Assembly (NCBI RefSeq): GCF_963506605.1
Contig: NC_083282.1
Location: 76,632,001 to 76,696,000, forward strand
Source of the DNA: Zootoca vivipara
Lineage: Eukaryota
DNA: 64,000 nt
Direction of reading: 5' to 3'
In this document: positions 57,950 through 64,000 of the stretch, one piece after another
Layout: each line of letters opens with the position of its first letter
Numbering within the stretch: the first letter of the stretch is position 1
Program-made: the position numbers and the translations under genes
The notes under the pieces: model-generated
Database searches by the model: none
What the model was told of the DNA's origin: nothing
What the model saw: the letters and a program-made list of their open reading frames with translations, nothing else

Positions 57950-59766
57950 GATTTATACATGCTTTCTCTCCTGCTCCTCTTTTTTGGCTGCATTTACCCA
58001 TTAAGATTTACTTGTGTAACCTGATCAATTCATATCCCTCACCATCTGCTGCCCTAGACAGCTGCCTCTTTTTGCCTAATGTTAGGGCCGGCCCTGAAGT
58101 AGGTGGTTAGCCAGACCAAACACCTCAAATTAAAGGAGTGAAGAAAAGCACAGAAACAGGAAGTTTGTGACAGGAAAAGTCATTCCATCAGATTAGATGC
58201 TTTTAGTTGCCAATGGATCAAGAGGTCAAAGAATTTGGGAAGATGGGTTGCCTACTGTACAAATATGTGAATTCTTCCAGATTCAGAAAGGAAATGAGTA
58301 GATGTTACTCAGAACTAACTTAACGAAGCTGAACATATATTAAATCATAGTAGGCCTTTAACAGTGGCTAGATGTTTTTTCAGGAAAATAGTATTTGTAT
58401 AAAAGCCGATTTGTTCCTAACAAATTCAGAACTGAAGATGAGAACAAAGAGTTGGCTGATATCAATCTGAGGGTCACTTCCAATGTCACATTTTTGCTCC
58501 ATGAAGAAGCACATTTGGAAAAACACAAAACAGAATGTCATGAGTGTAAAATCTGCATGGATTTCATTCAAAAAGTCTGTAAACACTTTTTGCAGTCAAC
58601 TTCTGAGATGTTTCCTGAAAAGCCCTCGTCATTGTGAAATAACGTTTTACATATTCACTCTTCCATTGCTTAAAAATATTATGGAAGAATCTTCCTGGCA
58701 TGATTAGGAAGAATCAGAGTGACATAGCAAGCAGTAAAGAGATCCTTTGAATGTGTGTTTAATTTGTGTGCCAAGGGGTTGCAGAAAAACTGCAGAATGT
58801 GGTACTAGGTAAAGAATGCCAGCTTTCGTTTAAAAACAATAAAATAATTTCTAGTTCTTGAGGCTGTAAAGACAAGCTTGAAAATGTGCAGCAATGCCTG
58901 ATGAACTTTCAAAAGCCAGAATAATACTGAATAAAATATACTCAGTCAAAACTGGGGTTCCAATGCCTGCCCATTCCCTTCGCCAACAAAACCAGAATTA
59001 TGCAGAATAATGGGGAGGGGAAACCATTTCAGAGTAAGAAATATAAATGATAAGTGATTTGGATTTGCAGAGTTGAGATAATTTGCACAGGTCACAGAAC
59101 TTCTTATGGCACAGCATAAAGATTGCCTGGGTGCTGAGTTTTAGTTTAGGGCGGACTACCCTATCTATAATTAGGCCACACACATGAAACCTTATCTCTG
59201 TTCCATCACGTTTATTGTGATTAAAGTGAGAGTGGCTGACTCCCAATTTGGAGACCCCAGCTGGCCTGCCAAGCAAATTTTCCTGGCCCCTCAAGACCCC
59301 ACTGACTTTGGCTGTCGCAGCAAAAACCCCACAAAAATTAAAGCAGGCATAGCACTTGAGTGGAGAGGGGACCATAACCACCCTCCTCAGCTGATCTGAA
59401 TGGTGCCTGCACATGCACACCCTATGTGTATTCCATGCACACTGGTGTGAGAGAGAGCATGGGATGCCTTTTGCCGCACCCACGGCTGGCAGGTGACCTC
59501 TAGAGGGTTGGCCAGTGGTGAATGTGGCCCGCGGGCCGAAGAAGGCTAGCTACTCCAGCATTAAAGGCGAATTACGGTACTCAATCGGCTCAAAATGCTT
59601 TCCATGTTTACTATTATATTCTAATGGATTACTGAATATTGCTTTATTTTGTTTATGTCATTTGTTTTAAAGTTATGCTTTTACCTTGACTTTTTTTGTA
59701 TTGGATCAGATTGTTATCAGGTTGTGATCTTTGCTGTCTGTTTTGTTGTGTCTTCAGCCTGTAAAC

Positions 59767-59903
59767 CAGGCACAGGCAAACTCGGCCCTCCGGATGTTTC
59801 GGGACTACAACTCCCATGATCCCTAGCTAACAGGACCCAGTGGTCAGGGATGATGGGAATTGTAGTCCCAAAACATCTGGAGGGCCGAGTTTGCCTGTGC
59901 CTG
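59767..59903. mobile_element. Palindromic hAT MITE (26139 family)
   Basis: TIR CAGGCACAGGCAAACTCGGCCCTCC / GGAGGGCCGAGTTTGCCTGTGCCTG; TSD ctgtaaac / gcgtaaac. Confidence 0.87.
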
Positions 59904-60827
59904 GCGTAAACCATCATCGTGTAATATAGGAAGGTGGTATACAAATTAAAAGTGAAATGAAATGAAATCTAAAAGCTCAGCAATAGGAATGTGGGCACCA
60001 CCACATTCAGACTATTGGTTCATCTAGCTCATTACTGACTATAAAGACTGGGGGAGAGCGAGCCAAAAATGGATTTCTATTGGACACCCTGTTCTCCCCA
60101 TCCCTCCCCTCCCTGGAGAGCATCAGGCCACCAGAGGGTTTTCCAAATGGTCTGCAGCTGCTGTGCTGGCCTGGAACCATATGCCGGATAGCTTTGTAGT
60201 ATCAAAAAGCAATTAAAGAGCCCAAGAATGCAATAAAAGGCATTATTGCTAGGTTTCAAATCTTTTGTGAATTGAGCCGACGGCTCTCCTGTTCACCAGG
60301 ATTCGGATTGGGTTCATATTTAAAGCAGTATCTTAAGGCCAAATGGGAAAGAAGGGCAAATGGTCAAAGCAAGATTTTCTTCGAAGGTCAAGACAAAGAT
60401 TCCTTTGCAAATTGTGTGCTTCTGTAGTCTCAAAACAGAGAGAGATTTCCCTCCCCATCCCAACACTGAAATGTTCTATGTGGGCAGCTTTCCAAGGAAA
60501 TGACGAAGGGATTATCTGTCAGTCAGGCAGTGGCTTACCAAGAGGCTTGTATTCTGCTAAATCACGGTCTAGTGAAACATTTAAATGTAGTCAGTACTGG
60601 TATTTACAAAAATAAAAATAAAATAAATTCTGTAGCGTGCATTTGAAACTATAGAGCTAGTATTTGCAAATGGTTCCAGTGTTCCGAGGATGTAACACTT
60701 TTGCTTAATTTGCCTATTTCTTCCCTCTCTTGTGATCTCTAGCACACCTATGATTCTGATTCTGCACCTGTATATCCTGTGCCTAGTATCATTTACATAC
60801 TTTACGTCCCAAAATATTCAGAATAAG

Positions 60828-60904
60828 TCAAGGCTCAGAACTGAGGCTCAGAACTGAGTTTCAAGGCTCAGAACTGAGTTTCAAGGCTCAGAACTGAGTT
60901 TCAA
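60828..60904 (+). repeat. 20-bp tandem repeat (AGGCTCAGAACTGAGTTTCA) x3 plus a partial unit
   Basis: Direct inspection; the three full units are identical. Confidence 0.9.
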
Positions 60905-61082
60905 ACAAGGAATGCAAATTTGGCAACTTTCTGCAATACAGGAACATTTGCCAGAGAGAGAGAGAGGGAGAGAGAGAGCTGCAAGCATGCAGAATTAGAA
61001 ATATCTTTGAGTTGTTCCTGAGCATATAAGCAACCATCACAATTTACACTGTGCGACTACCTCCAATATATAATGCACTATG

Positions 61083-62470
61083 TAGATAGATAGATAATTT
61101 ATTACGGTCGGAGACCAGCATATAAAACACACTTGGTGGAACAACCCCAAAAGGAACACAAACATTTTAAACATTGAACAACAGTAAATTTAACATTTAT
61201 AAATGTGATAAGCGTATAGACGCTAAAAACCTTGAGATAAGCTACCGCAGAGACATGACCCAGAATCACCCGAGGGACCGAGTTTGGGGATTTTCTTGAC
61301 AAACTAGTTTGGATCGGGGGATGGTCTGCGCCTATAGATCTGTACACAGAATCTGGTGACCATCCGGGTCCAGAGAAGCGGACACGGAGCAACGGATTCA
61401 AACTACAAGAAAGAAAATTCCACCTAAACATTAGGAAGAACTTCCTGACAGTAAGAGCTGTTCGGCAGTGGAATTTGCTGCCAAGGAGTGTGGTGGAGTC
61501 TCCTTCTTTGGAGGTCTTTAAGCAGAGGCTTGACAGCCATCTGTCAGGAATGCTTTGATGGTGTTTCCTGCTTGGCAGGGGGTTGGACTGGATGGCCCTT
61601 GTGGTCTCTTCCAACTCTATGATTCTATGATTCCTCTTTTGATCTTTGCCTAACAGGAGGAGATCAAATTTTTGCTTTTCCGGGAGGTCGGCGAGCCTCA
61701 CCAGCAGGGGATCAATGGTCTCACTACGTGCCTCTTCATAAAAGGGACATCTAAAAAAGAAGTGCTCTGGGCTTCCTATCTCCCCCAATGAACAGGCGCA
61801 AATTCTGTGAGCATATGGGACTTTTTTAAAGGATCCTTCCAGGACCGGTGAGCGCAAAGCTGAGCTTCTGGCGAGAGTAAAAGCCCTTCTTGCATTTTTG
61901 GATACTAGAAAGAAGAGATATGCTGCCCGTGCGGCTATCTCTCTCTCGATTTCTCCAGTTTTATAGTCGGGGCACCTTGAGCAATCCTGTTGGCTCTCAG
62001 AGTCTATGATTCTTTGCCTTAACCATAGCTTTTGCTTGGCTCAACCCCAGAGTTAGAAGGGCTTGAGGGGCAAAACCCAGTTTCTGAAGGGTGTTCAGGA
62101 CTGCTGTCTGCCAGCCTGACTGGAACTGGTTGCAGAGGATCAGTGGGGCTATTCCTCGGGGGAGTAGATTCGATGACAGCCATTTGCAGATTGATGTTAG
62201 GCAGATATAAGCCTCCACTCTCATCATCCCCGTTTCTAGTCTGACCCATGTGTTTGAAACGCATCTGGGGACTTGTAGGAGAGCTCTAAGAAGTTTTGAT
62301 TGAATTCTCTCAAAGGGGGAGAAAGCAGAGGAAGGCAGGCCCAGAAAGGATCCTAAGTTATTTAACAGAAGCCTTCTATCTATAGTAGCACCCTATAGTC
62401 TGTCCCAGAGTCTGGTTCTGGAGACTGTATCGAAGGCTGCTTTTAGATCTACGAAGGCAGGGTAAATGCA
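61083..62470 (-). mobile_element. 5'-truncated, internally deleted non-LTR retrotransposon (RTEX/Daphne-like)
   Basis: RT motif AFVDLKAAFDTVSRTRLWDRL (~62460-62395); post-RT ERIQSKLLRALLQVPRCVSNTWVRLETG; RRAFTLAR...RICAC..EHFFFRCPFY Cys/His knuckle; 3' end gaccgtAATAAAat(tatc)n. Confidence 0.8.
61370..61632 (+). mobile_element. Young CR1 3' end inserted antisense into the RTEX-like element
   Basis: RTRSNGFKLQERKFHLNIRKNFLTVRAVRQWNLLPRSVVESPSLEVFKQRLDSHLSGML* plus ctatgattctatgatt tail. Confidence 0.92.
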
Positions 62471-63793
62471 CTATGTAGACTTGCATATCTGCCCAACGAA
62501 TGGCGACTTTTGCAAACAGTGAACATGTACCAGCAAAATTACAAGAGTGGATTTATGAAATTTGTCCTCTAAATGGGTTCACATAATATGGGAACAATTG
62601 GTGGCTTATGTACATTTCCCCCTGAATACATCAGACCAATGCACTATGTGGGTGGCAAAGGCAGACAATGCTGGTCTTGAGTTAAGGAGCCATATATTGT
62701 CTGGATCAATCTGCCCAACTTTTATTAATCCACTCTTGTCAGTAAGTACATATCCTTTATTGTGAACATCCTGTGAAACTACAGATTGATAGCATGGCTG
62801 GCTTTGAAGGTTTTAGCTCTCCTCTTCCCATTCATAATCCAGGCCACCATGCTTTGGCAATGTGCACATAGTCCTCCTGCTCGGCAACTATGGTGGCAGT
62901 GTTTAAAAGACCATATTATCTGCACATGTTTGTTATAAATGTGCATCCTAGCAAAAAAATCACTATCACACAGATGTTCACAAACATGGCTCTATCTTAG
63001 AGGTGTCATTTAAACCACTAATCTACGGTATTTCTGCAGCCACTGCTAGTGAGATTTTGGAAGCAGGGAAATTACAACCTTTATTGACCAAAATGTACTA
63101 CTCCATAAGTTGTGTTGCACTTTTGCTCTCTCACTTTCTTAACATGGCCCGTGTTGGGCTTTCCTTAATTTATTGTCCAGATCACTAGTGTGCGGTCTTG
63201 TGTTAAAGGCAGATAAAAATAGTGCTATTACACAGAAGACACTAATTTCCAGTTGACATAAATGCTTTTGCCTTGAGGAATCAACTAGATGTGGCATGGG
63301 ATCAGAATCTCCTGTTGTTGTTGTTGTTGTTTTTAACTTCAAAGCAGCTATGAAGGGCTGTTAATTTGGTCCTGGATTGGGGGTGTTTAACCATTTCATC
63401 CTGCACTGTTCTCTGGACCTAAATTCCATCCCAAGTTATTAGCTCTGCAGGAGGAAAAAAGCCATGTGCAGATGCTTGTTGTTTGATGCTGATCTGAAAA
63501 CAGCTTCCCTGTGGTTAGCTTCATGTCTTGCAACACAGTATGCCGCTCTGGGCCAGAGGGGAGCCTGCTGTCTTATCACTTAATTAAATTACACCGAAAG
63601 AATGCCATATAAAGGAACTAAACACCTATCAATACACAAAAGCAGTTTCCTGCAACAGGAATCACAGAAGATCCTCGGTGGCCTTCTAGATGCTACTAAA
63701 ACGAAATAACTCCCTGTATGTTATTTTGGGGGCATTTCAAAGCACCTCCTAATGCAGAAAAGGCGAATATATACAAATGTCAGGAGGTTTCAC

Positions 63794-63886
63794 CTCTGCA
63801 TGTGACCCTCGACGAACAGACTTCACCACAATGGCTTTGTTCTTGTCTTCTATGTCGAAGCCATAGTCATCCTCTTCTGGCAAAAC
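63794..63886 (-). CDS. PREX1: PREX1 coding exon (first in window, about exon 17 by human numbering); start of PDZ1
   Basis: Translates [31 protein letters not shown], matching human PREX1 [31 protein letters not shown] as recalled; acceptor ttccAAG, donor GTGAAA; 93 nt, phase 0-0. Confidence 0.93.
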
Positions 63887-64000
63887 CTTGGAAAGGAGGA
63901 GGAGAGAGAGAGAAATAACTTGTGAGCTGTTTCATCAACCAATGAGTTTGGACCTAGGTTGTGTAATTGTTGGTTGCATGTCACATCAAACCATTGTTTA

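Noticed and set aside
60828-60904. CRISPR-like array
   Set aside because: Head-to-tail repeats with no spacers, no cas genes, eukaryotic context.
61102-61857. 251-aa ORF as a novel gene
   Set aside because: Chimera of an RTEX-like ORF end, antisense CR1 and element UTR; it starts at TTG rather than ATG.
19580-63886. PREX2 or INPP4A/B as the gene identity
   Set aside because: The C-terminus QPPADGDL*, the KKVCF motif and the PDZ sequences match PREX1; the catalytic CKSAKDR of INPP4 is absent.

Overview
Vertebrate genomic DNA from a squamate, most likely a lacertid lizard (Podarcis-type Sauria SINEs, Squam3-like SINEs). The only protein-coding gene I can support is the 3' part of PREX1 (PIP3-dependent Rac exchanger 1) on the minus strand. 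I traced 24 coding exons by hand from 63886 down to the TAG stop at 19580-19582. All have GT-AG introns with consistent phases and total 3150 nt (1049 aa + stop), covering PDZ1, PDZ2 and the C-terminal IP4P-like region, followed by a ~1.5 kb 3' UTR. The DH/PH/DEP exons lie beyond the right edge. Positions 1-18 kb are gene-free. Repeats are abundant: Sauria and Squam3-like SINEs, CR1/L1/L2/RTEX-like LINE fragments, many hAT and Tc1/mariner MITEs with readable TSDs, a deleted Tc1 element resembling fish Tc1s, a probable solo LTR and four Penelope-like remnants. Most notable: (i) a stop-free, phase-compatible extra exon candidate at 56510-56674 with a perfect donor, a Kozak ATG and an upstream RFX X-box cluster, suggesting a GEF-less PREX1 isoform or a PDZ1-disrupting cassette exon; (ii) minimal hammerhead-ribozyme motifs carried by Penelope-like foldback insertions, one in sense orientation in a PREX1 intron; (iii) an inverted SINE pair bracketing two exons (circRNA/editing candidate). 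All family assignments come from recognition of sequence, not from database searches.
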